Assembly (NCBI GenBank): GCA_034520965.1
Contig: JAXHMY010000001.1
Location: 160,001-224,000, forward strand
Length of the DNA stretch: 64,000 nucleotides
From: Spirochaetia bacterium
GTDB lineage: Bacteria > Spirochaetota > Spirochaetia > DSM-16054 > Sediminispirochaetaceae
Direction: 5' to 3'
Shown: one piece after another, positions 18,304-28,425 of the stretch
Layout of the letters: each line of letters starts with the position of its first letter
How positions within the stretch are numbered: position 1 is the first letter of the stretch
Notes under the pieces: model-generated
Seen by the model: only the letters and a program-made list of their open reading frames with translations
What the model was told of the DNA's origin: nothing
Databases searched by the model: none
Made by a program: the position numbers and the translations under genes

Positions 18304-19378
18304 CCGGACTATCGATTCCAAATCTCCGGTTCTTATTATTGCAGAAGCCGGTACCGCCCACCTTGGAGAGCTGGATCGAGCAAAAGGGCTTATTGATGCA
18401 GCGGCGGAAGCAGGTGCCGATTGTATTAAATTCCAATGGGTAATCGCCGATGAAATAGTCCACCCAAATGCCGGAACTATCCAGCTGCATAATAAGCCGG
18501 TCACAATTTGGGAGCGTTTTAAGGCTTTAGAACGGCCCCCGGAATTCTATGCATCCCTCAAAGAGGAAACGGAGCGGCGTAAGCTTCTGTTTCTCTGCTC
18601 TCCCTTCGGCCCCAGGAGTGCGCTTGGGCTTCGCGACCTGCAGGTAGAAGCGATAAAAATAGCCTCGCCTGAACTCAACCATTTCCCCCTGCTCGAGATA
18701 GTCTCCGACCTTCCGCTTATTCTTTCCACCGGGATCTCAAAATTAGCGGACATTGAGCGCAGCTTGGAAATTCTCCGCAGCCCCGCGGCTTTGCTGCATT
18801 GCATCACCGCCTATCCCGCCCCGGAACAGCAATACAACCTGAGGCTGCTGCCGGGCTTGGCAAAAGTTTTCGGTACCCCCGTAGGGGTCTCCGACCACTC
18901 CTCCCACCCTTATCTGGTGCCCAGCTTATCCGTAAGCCAGGGGGCCAAGCTGATTGAGAAGCATCTTACCCTGAACCGGCAGGACGGCGGCCTTGATGAT
19001 CCTATTGCACTCGAACCAACGGAGTTTGCGCACATGGTTCGCCGAGTGAGGGAGGCAGAAAGGGAATCAGCAGACCAGCTTATAAAAGGATTGTCGGACG
19101 AACTGGGGGCATCATACGTTGAAAAGACCCTTGGGAACGGAATAAAAAAAATGGCCGATGCTGAATCAGCCTATTACTACACCAGCAACCGCTCTATCAT
19201 TGCCCGCAGCACACTGTTGCCCGGGGATGAGCTAAATCCGGATAACTGTGCCCTGCTGCGCTCCGAACAGCAGCAGCCCCCCGGCCTGCCTCCCCAGTTT
19301 GTATCCACAATCACGGGTAGGCAGATCAAAAAGAGAGTTCCCGCCGGTGCCGGTGTTACCTGGGATCATCTCCTGTAA
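18290..19378 (+). CDS. N-acetylneuraminate synthase family protein (NeuB/PseI/SpsE-like) with SAF domain
   Basis: IIAEAG, IKFQ, KIASPE, LHCITAYP, SDHS, IEKH. Confidence 0.9.
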   Translation: MKVGDRTIDSKSPVLIIAEAGTAHLGELDRAKGLIDAAAEAGADCIKFQWVIADEIVHPNAGTIQLHNKPVTIWERFKALERPPEFYASLKEETERRKLLFLCSPFGPRSALGLRDLQVEAIKIASPELNHFPLLEIVSDLPLILSTGISKLADIERSLEILRSPAALLHCITAYPAPEQQYNLRLLPGLAKVFGTPVGVSDHSSHPYLVPSLSVSQGAKLIEKHLTLNRQDGGLDDPIALEPTEFAHMVRRVREAERESADQLIKGLSDELGASYVEKTLGNGIKKMADAESAYYYTSNRSIIARSTLLPGDELNPDNCALLRSEQQQPPGLPPQFVSTITGRQIKKRVPAGAGVTWDHLL

Positions 19379-19766
19379 GCAGTTTCAGCTCTCGCAGTTC
19401 CCGGTACAGCTGTTCCTGACTAATAGGCTTTTGCAGGTATCCCTCGCATTGGCTGCGAAAGGCACTCATCACATTCTTCGCATCACCAAGTGCGGTGGTC
19501 ATAATTACTTTAGTTGCATCTGTGCCGATCATACCGTGGCGCTCTTCAATTGTTCGTATCTCTTTAAGTACCTCCTGCCCGTCTTTTTTGGGCAGCATGA
19601 TATCTAGACAGATAAGATCATAGGGTACCTTTTCATTGAGTGCAATCTGAAATGCATCGAGGGCCTCTTCGCCATCGACAACTACATCACATTCGCCTAA
19701 AGGCGCTAAATACTTATGCATCAGTTTTCTACTTGCAAAATCATCTTCCACTACCAGCGTTTTCAT
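19356..19766 (-). CDS. Single-domain response regulator (CheY-like)
   Basis: VVEDD, CLDIMLP, MTTA, LQKP. Confidence 0.9.
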   Translation of the reverse strand: MKTLVVEDDFASRKLMHKYLAPLGECDVVVDGEEALDAFQIALNEKVPYDLICLDIMLPKKDGQEVLKEIRTIEERHGMIGTDATKVIMTTALGDAKNVMSAFRSQCEGYLQKPISQEQLYRELRELKLLTGDDPR

Positions 19767-20227
19767 TCTTCCTCCTCATGCAAAGCAAGTGAAGTTGTAA
19801 ATGGGTTCCCTTCTGCATCAAAACTGAATTTCCAAAAACTATCAAGATCGGAAATCTCTTCAAGACTAAACAACACCGTTGGGAAGGACAGGTGTACCTT
19901 CACATCCTTCTGTTCAAGCTCCCTCAAAAAATTCCCACCCAGAACATTCAGAAGTTCCAGAAGGCAGTCATCAATCTCGTTCACCGACAGCTCATCCCAA
20001 TCCGCAGCGTGTATATTCTCAACAATTTCCCGCTTGACCTCAAGTGGTAATGCAAGCAGCAATCGACCGCGTACCGGTTTATAAAACTCAATAAACAGTA
20101 GTTGTCCGGTTTCAAAATCACGTTGCCCATCCGCTTCAGTCACATCAATAAAGGCCATCTCCCCTAAAGTGTTTTGAGTTGCTCTTAACAGAGCGTTCTT
20201 GGCTTGCTCCTTTGTTACTTCACGCAT
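19763..20227 (-). CDS. cheX: CheX/CheC-family phosphatase
   Basis: DCLLELLNVLGG (ExxN), LSFPTV. Confidence 0.75.
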   Translation of the reverse strand: MREVTKEQAKNALLRATQNTLGEMAFIDVTEADGQRDFETGQLLFIEFYKPVRGRLLLALPLEVKREIVENIHAADWDELSVNEIDDCLLELLNVLGGNFLRELEQKDVKVHLSFPTVLFSLEEISDLDSFWKFSFDAEGNPFTTSLALHEEEE

Positions 20228-20228
20228 A

Positions 20229-20597
20229 CTACTCTCCCAGTACCTCGGTTACTTTTTCGGGTGTCATGGGCTTTCTTAAAATCCCCATAACATCCTTGTC
20301 TTCCAATTCCGTTTCCAACCGTTCATTTCCCATGCTCGATACTATCAACACCGGAAGCTGTTTCGTTTTATCTATCAGCCTCAGTTTTTTGATAAATGTA
20401 GCACCGTCCATTTTCGGCATATTTAAATCTGTTACAACTAGGTCGACTGCATTACGATTCAAATTTGAAAGGGCTTTTAAGCCGTCCTCCGCTTCAATAA
20501 AAGTACTATCCTGATAGCCGGCCATCTGAAAACAGCGTTTTATTATCATTCGAGAAGTGGCGGAATCATCTACTATCATAATCTTATCCAGTTTCAT
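20229..20597 (-). CDS. cheY: CheY-like response regulator
   Basis: IVDDS, TDLNMPKMDG, LRKP. Confidence 0.85.
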   Translation of the reverse strand: MKLDKIMIVDDSATSRMIIKRCFQMAGYQDSTFIEAEDGLKALSNLNRNAVDLVVTDLNMPKMDGATFIKKLRLIDKTKQLPVLIVSSMGNERLETELEDKDVMGILRKPMTPEKVTEVLGE

Positions 20598-20610
20598 CTC
20601 TCACACCTCC

Positions 20611-21090
20611 TCATAATTGCCATTTAGAACCGGCATTTGAAACAACAATTGCTCCATCAGCCACTTTAAATCCTACCGTGCGGCTGTAGTTTCCCCCGGT
20701 ATCCTCTTTAATTACACCAAACCCGTTTTTCCAAAGATACCGTTTAATAGCAATAGTGTTACGTCGTCCTATATCAAAATGTCGATTTTGATCCATTATA
20801 CTCGACCCGCCGGCAAGTTTTACTTTTATATTTTTCTTATCAGCACCCTTTTTTAGCATATCCTCAAATAACTTAGGTAGGCCCGTGTCTGCAAAATACC
20901 CCGGCAGTTTCTTAGCTTTTTCGCTATTCACCTTTGAATCCGGCAAGGCGATATGTATAAGTCCAGCTACCTGATTGCTTGGATCGTATGCACATACCGC
21001 TACACAAGAACCAAGGGCATAGGTTTTTAACTCATCATCAGCTTTACTGCTTACTTTCCATTCCCCGATGCCGATATCAAGCCGCATCAT
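20611..21090 (-). CDS. cheD: Chemoreceptor glutamine deamidase
   Basis: LGSCVAV, HIALP, KLAGG, IGRRN, EDTGG. Confidence 0.95.
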   Translation of the reverse strand: MMRLDIGIGEWKVSSKADDELKTYALGSCVAVCAYDPSNQVAGLIHIALPDSKVNSEKAKKLPGYFADTGLPKLFEDMLKKGADKKNIKVKLAGGSSIMDQNRHFDIGRRNTIAIKRYLWKNGFGVIKEDTGGNYSRTVGFKVADGAIVVSNAGSKWQL

Positions 21091-22151
21091 TTCATCTCCC
21101 TTAACAGACGTACCATCTCTAGGGTCATGTCGTCTATAGCTACTAACTTTTCAGCACCCCCAAGGTTATACGCCTCCTTGGGCATCCCAAACACAACGCA
21201 GCTGCGCTCATCCTGGGCGAGGGTTCTTGCACCGGTAGACTTCATTTTTACCATTCCTTCGGCTCCATCGCGTCCCATCCCGGTCAAAATTACCCCTAAA
21301 GAATTGACTCCTACGTTTTCGGCTATAGAATCAAACAACACATCCACCGACGGTACGTGGCCATTTACTTTTTCTCCGTCTTTTACCCGTACAAGGTAAC
21401 GACCACCCGAACGGACTACCCTCATTTGCATTCCGCCGGGTGCAACCAACACACGCCCGTTCATCACTCGGTCGTTATCTTCAGCCTCTTTGACCTCTAC
21501 CTTTGAGATCGTATTGAGCTTATCGGCAAACATTTTTGTAAATTTCGGAGGCATGTGTTGTACTATTACCGTCCCCGGCATATCCGGCGGAAAAGCCTCA
21601 ACAACCCTCTGCAGGGCTACAGTTCCCCCTGTTGAGGCGCCGATACCGATAACTTTATCGGTTGTACCGTGCAGCACGGCTCCAGTAGGTCTTTTAATAC
21701 CCTGGCTGCTTTTATTCCGCCATTGGCTCACATCTACTGTAGAGGCAACCTTTATTTTCTGCACCAGCTCTTCCAGCATATCCTCCAGTTTGTTACCAAA
21801 ACTGGTAGAAGGCTTGAGTACAAAGTCGATCGCACCGTAATCAAGAGCTTCCAGGGTCACCTTAGCCCCGGGGGCTGTAAGTGCAGACACCATAACTACC
21901 GGAACAGGGTACTGCGGCATAAGCCGGCGGAGGAACTCAACTCCGTCCATCCTCGGCATTTCCACATCCAGGGTCAGTACATCCGGCTTATTGTACACAA
22001 TCTTATCGCGAGCCACATACACATCCGGTGCACTGCCGACAATCTCTATCTCAGGGTCCCGGCTTAAACCAGTGGTCAGGATCTTTCGAGCAAGTGCAGA
22101 ATCGTCTATTACTAAAACCTTTATTTTGTGAGTAGCTGACAACTTGTTCAT
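21087..22151 (-). CDS. cheB: Protein-glutamate methylesterase
   Basis: REC domain plus GASTGG, VQHMP, PSVDVLF, LTGMGRDGA. Confidence 0.97.
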   Translation of the reverse strand: MNKLSATHKIKVLVIDDSALARKILTTGLSRDPEIEIVGSAPDVYVARDKIVYNKPDVLTLDVEMPRMDGVEFLRRLMPQYPVPVVMVSALTAPGAKVTLEALDYGAIDFVLKPSTSFGNKLEDMLEELVQKIKVASTVDVSQWRNKSSQGIKRPTGAVLHGTTDKVIGIGASTGGTVALQRVVEAFPPDMPGTVIVQHMPPKFTKMFADKLNTISKVEVKEAEDNDRVMNGRVLVAPGGMQMRVVRSGGRYLVRVKDGEKVNGHVPSVDVLFDSIAENVGVNSLGVILTGMGRDGAEGMVKMKSTGARTLAQDERSCVVFGMPKEAYNLGGAEKLVAIDDMTLEMVRLLREMK

Positions 22152-22990
22152 TCGGTTCCCTTTTTCATGTACAAGGCCGGCTGCACATATTGAAAATCGC
22201 GGTTATCCCTGCCTAAAGTTTCAGAGTGGCCGATAAAAAGATATCCGCTGTTCAGCAATACTCCACCGAATTTTTGTACTAGGGTTTCCTTAGTGGGCTG
22301 GTCGAAATAGATCATCACATTTCTGCAAAAAACGGTATGGAATTTTTTTCTAAAAGGAAATGAATCGCGCTTAAAATTGAGCCGCTTATAAAGGACCATT
22401 TTTTTCAAGCTCTCTTTTACACTGTAGCCGCCGGCCTCGTTCAGAGTAAAGTACTTGTGCAGCAGCCCGCGAGGCACCTGATCAAGCCGTTCTTTCCCAT
22501 ACGCACCCAGGGTAGCCTTCTCCAAAGCAGTTCTCGAGATATCCGTAGCCAGAATTGGCGGGCCTTCGGAAAAGTAATTCGGTCCAAAAAACTCAGCCAA
22601 GACAATAGCCAGAGTATAGGCTTCTTCTCCGGTAGCGCAGCCTGCACACCATACGCGCAAATCCTTGCTGCCCTCCTTTTCAAGCTGCTGAGCAATCTGT
22701 GGGAGAACCCGTTTTTCAAGAAACTCAAAATGATCTTTCTCTCTAAAAAAATAAGTATGGTTAGTGGAAATTTTATCTACCAGCTCTAAAAGGCCGGCAC
22801 CGCTGGGATCATCAAGGACCGCATTGTAATAACTTTCAAAATCGGTGTAGCCCATCTGTCGAAGCAGCTTGTTCAGCCTTCCACGCACCAGCACCCGTTT
22901 TTTTTCGGTTAGGTGAATTCCAAACTTCTCATACACTAAAGCAGAGATTTGTTTAAACTCGTTGTCGGTAATATCAATCAAGCCTTCCAT
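22148..22990 (-). CDS. cheR: Protein-glutamate O-methyltransferase
   Basis: TNHTYFFRE, WCAGCATGEEAY, FCRNVMIYF, GHSE. Confidence 0.97.
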   Translation of the reverse strand: MEGLIDITDNEFKQISALVYEKFGIHLTEKKRVLVRGRLNKLLRQMGYTDFESYYNAVLDDPSGAGLLELVDKISTNHTYFFREKDHFEFLEKRVLPQIAQQLEKEGSKDLRVWCAGCATGEEAYTLAIVLAEFFGPNYFSEGPPILATDISRTALEKATLGAYGKERLDQVPRGLLHKYFTLNEAGGYSVKESLKKMVLYKRLNFKRDSFPFRKKFHTVFCRNVMIYFDQPTKETLVQKFGGVLLNSGYLFIGHSETLGRDNRDFQYVQPALYMKKGTE

Positions 22991-23013
22991 TCTTCTTTTT
23001 AACTCCAGTTCTG

Positions 23014-25656
23014 TTATTCAAGCACATACGAAATGAGTGCGCCCGTGTCAACTATTAAACTGACCTTTCCATCCGACATAATACTGCATCCGGAAAGAGC
23101 CCGAATATCTTTCATATAAGAGGGAAGACTTTTAATTACTATTTGCCTGTAGCCGATAATCTCGTCGACAAGGATTGCAAGTTTATGGTCCCGGGCTTGG
23201 GCAACAATCACTATGCCCTCTTCAACCCGTTTTTTCGCAGTCTCAATCTTGAAAAAGTCGTACAGCTTTACCACAGGGATAACTTCGTTCCGTAAATTGA
23301 TAACCACATCATCCGTACTGGTCTGAGTAATTTCTACCTCAGCGGCTTTATGGAACTGTATTATATCAGTAATCGGCAATGAATAGAGCTGAGGCCCAAC
23401 AGTAAAGGTTATCCCGTCAATAATAGCAAGGGTCAGGGGGATCTTAAGGATAAAGGTACTCCCCTCTCCTTCAACACTTTGAATATCAATTTTACCACGG
23501 AGCTTCTCGACGTTCTTTTTGACAACATCCATTCCAACTCCACGACCGGAAATTTCTGAAACTTTTTCTGCGGTTGAAAAGCCCGGTTCAAAAATCAGCT
23601 TCCATACCTCTTCATCCTTCATCTCATCGGGATTCCCCTGGATAAGTCCCCGTTCCAGGGAACGGGCGATTAAAGCATCCCGCTTCAGTCCGCCGCCGTC
23701 ATCCGCCACGGTAATCCAGATCTCATTCCCCTCGTACCCGGCACTGAGGCTTACCGTACCGGTCTCCGGTTTCCCGGCGGCCCTTCGTTTGGCCGCCGAT
23801 TCCACTCCGTGATCGAGGGCATTCCGAATTATGTGCACCAGGGGATCAGAAATCTCTTCCATTACAGTGCGGTCCATCTCGGTATCTTCACCGCTTATTT
23901 CCAGGTTTATCGGTTTTTCGAATTTTTTTGACAAATCCCGAACCAATCTCCGCATCTTGCTGAACAAGCCCTCCAGCGGAATCATCCGCATGGACATTGT
24001 GATTTCCTGCATCTCCCTCGAGATCTTGGATAAATAATTCGATGCCCGTTCAAAATCCGGCAGATCATAGGGCTCAAGCTCAGGATTATTAATAACCATC
24101 GACTCGGCGGTTATCATCTCACCCATCAAGTCGAACAGTTTATCCAGCCTCTCAGTATCTACCCGGATATCCCGCCGCTTAATTCGATAACTGGCAAACT
24201 GATCTTTCTTCTCCGGAACCTCTTTCCCCTGCTGCTCAAGGGCCTTCTCAATTTCGTCCTGTTTGGCTTCGCCCTGGTCTATCAAAATCTCGCCCAGCCG
24301 CATTCGCTGCATATCCAAGGCCTGGTCGACCGCCTCCTGCGAGGCAATACCCATATCAACCAGCATATCGCCAAGGGGTTTATAATCCCCCTCTTCTTTA
24401 CTGGCAACGGCTTTTTCGGCACTTACGCTGCTGTCGGACAGCTCACCCGGCAGTATCTCCCCTGCATGAACCTTCTGCAGAGTGACATTCAACCCGTCTA
24501 TGCTCTGGAGCAGAAGGTTTACTATCTGAGGATCGGGACTACGGGCTCCGGTGCGCAGGGTGTCCAAAATCCCTTCAATACCCATGCACATTTTCTCAAG
24601 AATGGCAAATCCGAAAAAGCCGGCGTTTCCCTTGACGGTATGAATAGCCCGAAAAGCCTCTTCAATACCGGCAGTGTTCGTCGGGTCTTTCTCAAGCTCA
24701 AGCATGGTTTTCTCAGCGGTATCAACCAGGTCGGAGGTCTCTTCAACAAATTTCTGGATCATTTCGGGTGAAATAAGCTCTTCGGTTAAAGTTTTCTTAG
24801 GTTTAACCTGGCTACCCTCAGCCGTTGGTGCGCTTTGCTCTCCCGCTTCGTCCACAGCTCCCGCTGCCTTATCTTCCGCTGTTCCGGATTCTATTTTCTG
24901 CAGATAGGGCTCTAGGCGTGTGTCAATTTCACTGGTATCTACCCGTCCCTCGTAAATAACTGCCTCGCCGCTGCTGGTATCCAGTCCTTCCGCTTGCGCC
25001 TCGATGTCGGATACCATCTGCTGCAGCACGTCTCCGCCGTTCAGTAGAATATCAACAAGCTCATCCTCAATTTCCAGTTCGCCCGTACGCATGGAATTCA
25101 GCACTGTCTCCAGCCGGTGACTAAACCCCTTAATCTTCGACAAACCGATAAACGAGGAGACCCCTTTGATAGTGTGCATTGAACGAAAAATATCATGAAC
25201 AGTCTGCTCATCGTAGCTTTTCTCAAGATCCAAAATACGTTCTTCAATATCATCTAGATGATCATGAGTCTCTACTAAAAAAGAGGAAAGAATCTCGCTG
25301 TCCTCAATCAGCACCTCGTTTAAGTCTGCAGCTGCCGGAGTTTTACCTTGCTTCGAACTTTTTTTAGGTTCCTTAGATTGCTTCGGCGCATTTTCCGAAA
25401 CCTCCTCCTCCGAGGACGAATCCGAAGCTACAAGTGCAGCCCCCAGTTCCTGCAGCTGCTGCAGGTTTTCTTCCGAGGAACCCTGCAGCACTATCTCCTC
25501 AGAGGCTTTTACAATTTTCTCTAGTATCTGAGCAACTTGTTCATCTTCTATACTATTTTGCAGTGTTTCGGCTGTTTCTCTGATTTCCGCTACAGCAAGC
25601 AAGTCACCATCTTCATACTGCTTAATTGCATCGCTCAGTTGTTGAAGCTCTTCCAT
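23014..25656 (-). CDS. cheA: Chemotaxis histidine kinase with two Hpt domains and an MshEN-like insert
   Basis: HTIKG and HTVKG Hpt motifs, HIIRNALDHG, EPGFSTA..SGRGVGMD, C-terminal CheW-like domain. Confidence 0.96.
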   Translation of the reverse strand: MEELQQLSDAIKQYEDGDLLAVAEIRETAETLQNSIEDEQVAQILEKIVKASEEIVLQGSSEENLQQLQELGAALVASDSSSEEEVSENAPKQSKEPKKSSKQGKTPAAADLNEVLIEDSEILSSFLVETHDHLDDIEERILDLEKSYDEQTVHDIFRSMHTIKGVSSFIGLSKIKGFSHRLETVLNSMRTGELEIEDELVDILLNGGDVLQQMVSDIEAQAEGLDTSSGEAVIYEGRVDTSEIDTRLEPYLQKIESGTAEDKAAGAVDEAGEQSAPTAEGSQVKPKKTLTEELISPEMIQKFVEETSDLVDTAEKTMLELEKDPTNTAGIEEAFRAIHTVKGNAGFFGFAILEKMCMGIEGILDTLRTGARSPDPQIVNLLLQSIDGLNVTLQKVHAGEILPGELSDSSVSAEKAVASKEEGDYKPLGDMLVDMGIASQEAVDQALDMQRMRLGEILIDQGEAKQDEIEKALEQQGKEVPEKKDQFASYRIKRRDIRVDTERLDKLFDLMGEMITAESMVINNPELEPYDLPDFERASNYLSKISREMQEITMSMRMIPLEGLFSKMRRLVRDLSKKFEKPINLEISGEDTEMDRTVMEEISDPLVHIIRNALDHGVESAAKRRAAGKPETGTVSLSAGYEGNEIWITVADDGGGLKRDALIARSLERGLIQGNPDEMKDEEVWKLIFEPGFSTAEKVSEISGRGVGMDVVKKNVEKLRGKIDIQSVEGEGSTFILKIPLTLAIIDGITFTVGPQLYSLPITDIIQFHKAAEVEITQTSTDDVVINLRNEVIPVVKLYDFFKIETAKKRVEEGIVIVAQARDHKLAILVDEIIGYRQIVIKSLPSYMKDIRALSGCSIMSDGKVSLIVDTGALISYVLE

Positions 25657-25664
25657 ATATTTTC

Positions 25665-26033
25665 CTATTGTTTCACCAACATTTTTACGACCTTCGCGAG
25701 GGAAGGGGCTTCAAAGGGTTTCACAATCCACCCGTTTACACCCAACTCCTTTCCAACCTGCTTTTTTTGAGCTGCACTTTCGGTAGTTAAAAATATCACC
25801 GGTATATGCGAATACTCCGGCTTCTGCTTAAATGCCTCTACAAATTGAAAACCGTCCATTACCGGCATATTCACGTCGACAATGCAAAGTGAAACTTCAC
25901 ACTTACCGCACTGATCAAGTGCCACTTGACCATTCTCGGCTTCAATAATCTCGAACCCTTCAGGCTCAAGAGCCTTTTTCACGAGCTTTCTAATTGTAAC
26001 TGAATCATCGACACATAATATTTGACTGCCCAT
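25665..26033 (-). CDS. cheY: CheY-like response regulator
   Basis: CVDDS, DVNMPVMDG, LTTE, GWIVKPF. Confidence 0.92.
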   Translation of the reverse strand: MGSQILCVDDSVTIRKLVKKALEPEGFEIIEAENGQVALDQCGKCEVSLCIVDVNMPVMDGFQFVEAFKQKPEYSHIPVIFLTTESAAQKKQVGKELGVNGWIVKPFEAPSLAKVVKMLVKQ

Positions 26034-26055
26034 GCATATGCTCCTTTAACTTTTC

Positions 26056-27342
26056 TTAGAATAAGGTTATGTCTCCGTTCAACCCATTTTTCTGCGTATC
26101 TGATTCGTCAGTCCCCTCAAATAGATCTTCATCAATCTCATGGCCAAAAGCCTGCCACTCCTCACGGGTCGTAAAAAAGGACTTGAGCAGCCGCTTTACC
26201 TCGTCTGCCTGCTGCTCTATCTCGGCTTGGCTCAGCTGTACATTCTCTGCAGAAAAATCGACCCCCTCCTGAGCGAGGGTTTCAAAAAGCTGAACCATAT
26301 GCTGTAAAATCTGACGGACACTATCCTGATACTGCAAATGAACTGTAACGTCATTAATATTCTTAGTAACCGAAGAAGAGAGTTTTTGTGACTCCTCAAT
26401 TACCTCCGATACTCGGTCTATCTGAGGAGTTAACTGCTCAATTACCCCTGCATGCTTTTCTCCGCTGCGTGCCAGTTTTTCCACGGCGTTCTGCAGGCGC
26501 TCACCATAGGTTCCGATTGAATCTTTAACCGTATGCACCGAACTCTCTATGGTAGTGCTGATCTCATCGGCAATCTTCATGGTACTTTTGGCCAGCCCCT
26601 GAACTTCCGCGGCAATCACCGCAAATCCCCGGCCTGCCTGGCCTGCTCTGGCCGCCTCGATCGACGCGTTAATCGCCAAGAGGTTGGTACGTTCCGATAA
26701 ATCGGTAATGGTGTCGGTAAACTGGTCTACCGATTTCATCGTCTTCTCGATCATTTCAAGCTCGCCTATATAGTCGTCGCGAATAATTTTAAACTCCTGG
26801 ATCAGCTGCTCAATTCTCCGCAGTTCCTCTTCCATACGAACGGACTGAACCCGAAGCCCTCCCTCTTCAGAGGTAAGCTGCCCAAATACCCGTTGAATCA
26901 GGTCATCAACATCTTTGCTCCAGTCACCAATGCTGTACACATGATTGGTCAGCTCAAGAGTTGCTGTTTCTGTCTTATCGACAATTACCTTTGACATTAT
27001 TTTCTCGGCATCTGTTGCTTCAGCTATTTTCCGGCACTGTACAGCAAATTTATGAAGGTATTCATCCTTCTCCCGTAAATCCGCCTTCAGCTCTTGCATC
27101 TGAACCTCTGAATGACGAATTTTCTCCTGCAGCAGTTGATTTTCCCGGGTAAACTTATCTATATTTTCCTCAGTCCGCTCCGCCTGTATCGAAGATTTAG
27201 GTTTCAGACGAACAAGCAGGACGACCAGTAGTGCCGCTGCAACTAAAACAGCCCCGTACACATAGGCAATAGTCCCTGTTATCAAGTTGATTGCAAGCAG
27301 CACTATTTCGAGGGCGGCCCCCGCTACACTTAACTTTTGCAT
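26056..27342 (-). CDS. Methyl-accepting chemotaxis protein (two N-terminal TM helices, no periplasmic sensor)
   Basis: [29 protein letters not shown] hairpin tip. Confidence 0.93.
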   Translation of the reverse strand: MQKLSVAGAALEIVLLAINLITGTIAYVYGAVLVAAALLVVLLVRLKPKSSIQAERTEENIDKFTRENQLLQEKIRHSEVQMQELKADLREKDEYLHKFAVQCRKIAEATDAEKIMSKVIVDKTETATLELTNHVYSIGDWSKDVDDLIQRVFGQLTSEEGGLRVQSVRMEEELRRIEQLIQEFKIIRDDYIGELEMIEKTMKSVDQFTDTITDLSERTNLLAINASIEAARAGQAGRGFAVIAAEVQGLAKSTMKIADEISTTIESSVHTVKDSIGTYGERLQNAVEKLARSGEKHAGVIEQLTPQIDRVSEVIEESQKLSSSVTKNINDVTVHLQYQDSVRQILQHMVQLFETLAQEGVDFSAENVQLSQAEIEQQADEVKRLLKSFFTTREEWQAFGHEIDEDLFEGTDESDTQKNGLNGDITLF

Positions 27343-27465
27343 CAATAACCCTCATACTTTTATCACCACCAATTATTTGAGATAATAACTTAAATTGCAA
27401 ATTTAAAAATAAAAAATACAAATCCGGAGTATTACCCGGGTATAGGAGTTCTCCTCCGACTCAAT

Positions 27466-27918
27466 TTACTCTTCTTCGGTCAGAAGTTCAGCTACCTCTT
27501 CCGGGCTTTGTGCCCGCAGCAGCATTTTACAGAAGGTCTTCGATTGGGTAATACGGGCTATTTCAGAAAGTGCTTCAATATGCGGACCCGATTGGTTGGG
27601 CGGAGCCAGCATAAGAAAGAAGAGATTACTGGGATTGCCGTCCAAAGCCCTAAAATCAATCCCTTCCGGGGCAATTCCAATTGCCAAGGTCAGGGTTGAA
27701 ACGGTATCGGTTTTCGCATGGGGTACGGCTATACCCGCCTCTAGACCGGTACTTCCCTTGGCTTCACGGGCTAAGAGCGCATCGTAGGCAGCATCAAAAT
27801 CATTCAGCTTGCCTGCATCGACAAGTACCTGCAGGAGTTCGCGGATAACCGCCTGTTTGGACTTGGATTCCAGGGGTACCTTTATTATTTCGGGCTTTAC
27901 AAGGTCTACTAATGCCAT
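27466..27918 (-). CDS. PTS sugar/nitrogen-type IIA protein
   Basis: REAKGSTG..GIAVPHAK (phospho-His), GIDFRALDG. Confidence 0.92.
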   Translation of the reverse strand: MALVDLVKPEIIKVPLESKSKQAVIRELLQVLVDAGKLNDFDAAYDALLAREAKGSTGLEAGIAVPHAKTDTVSTLTLAIGIAPEGIDFRALDGNPSNLFFLMLAPPNQSGPHIEALSEIARITQSKTFCKMLLRAQSPEEVAELLTEEE

Positions 27919-27933
27919 TCTTTTACTCCATTT

Positions 27934-28425
27934 TTATTCAGGCAGGGCATCGTACAGATCCCACACTCGCTCTTCATCTTTTACCATAAGAACCGAACAG
28001 TGCACAAGCCGCATAGCTCGTTCAGTTTCATGATAAAATTCATCCCTACGGCTGCGGACATGTGAGAGCTCTCCAATCAGCAGCAAATCCGCATCTACCT
28101 CTTCGGCGTATTTCTTAATCTCCTGGTGCACCGTACCGCTGCGCTTCTCCAGGCTTGCGGATACTCCCTTGCGGCTCGAAAGTTTATCGACATGCTTCAG
28201 ATAGCGTTCAGCGTCGGATTCTAAATCGTGGTGATACTCTTCCTCTTCGGAATCGAGAAAAATCCGCGCTTTTACCAGGTCGTTCAGCGCGCGGGTATTG
28301 ATAACGTACAGTGCGTACAACTCAGCACTGGTCGATTTAGCCAAACAAACCGCATATTGCGCAGCCGTAATAGCCTCTTCGGTGCCGTCCACATATATAA
28401 GTATTCTACGTATCGGCCCTTCCAT
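27934..28425 (-). CDS. Universal stress protein
   Basis: RILIYVDGTE, ADLLLIG, CSVLMVK. Confidence 0.88.
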   Translation of the reverse strand: MEGPIRRILIYVDGTEEAITAAQYAVCLAKSTSAELYALYVINTRALNDLVKARIFLDSEEEEYHHDLESDAERYLKHVDKLSSRKGVSASLEKRSGTVHQEIKKYAEEVDADLLLIGELSHVRSRRDEFYHETERAMRLVHCSVLMVKDEERVWDLYDALPE

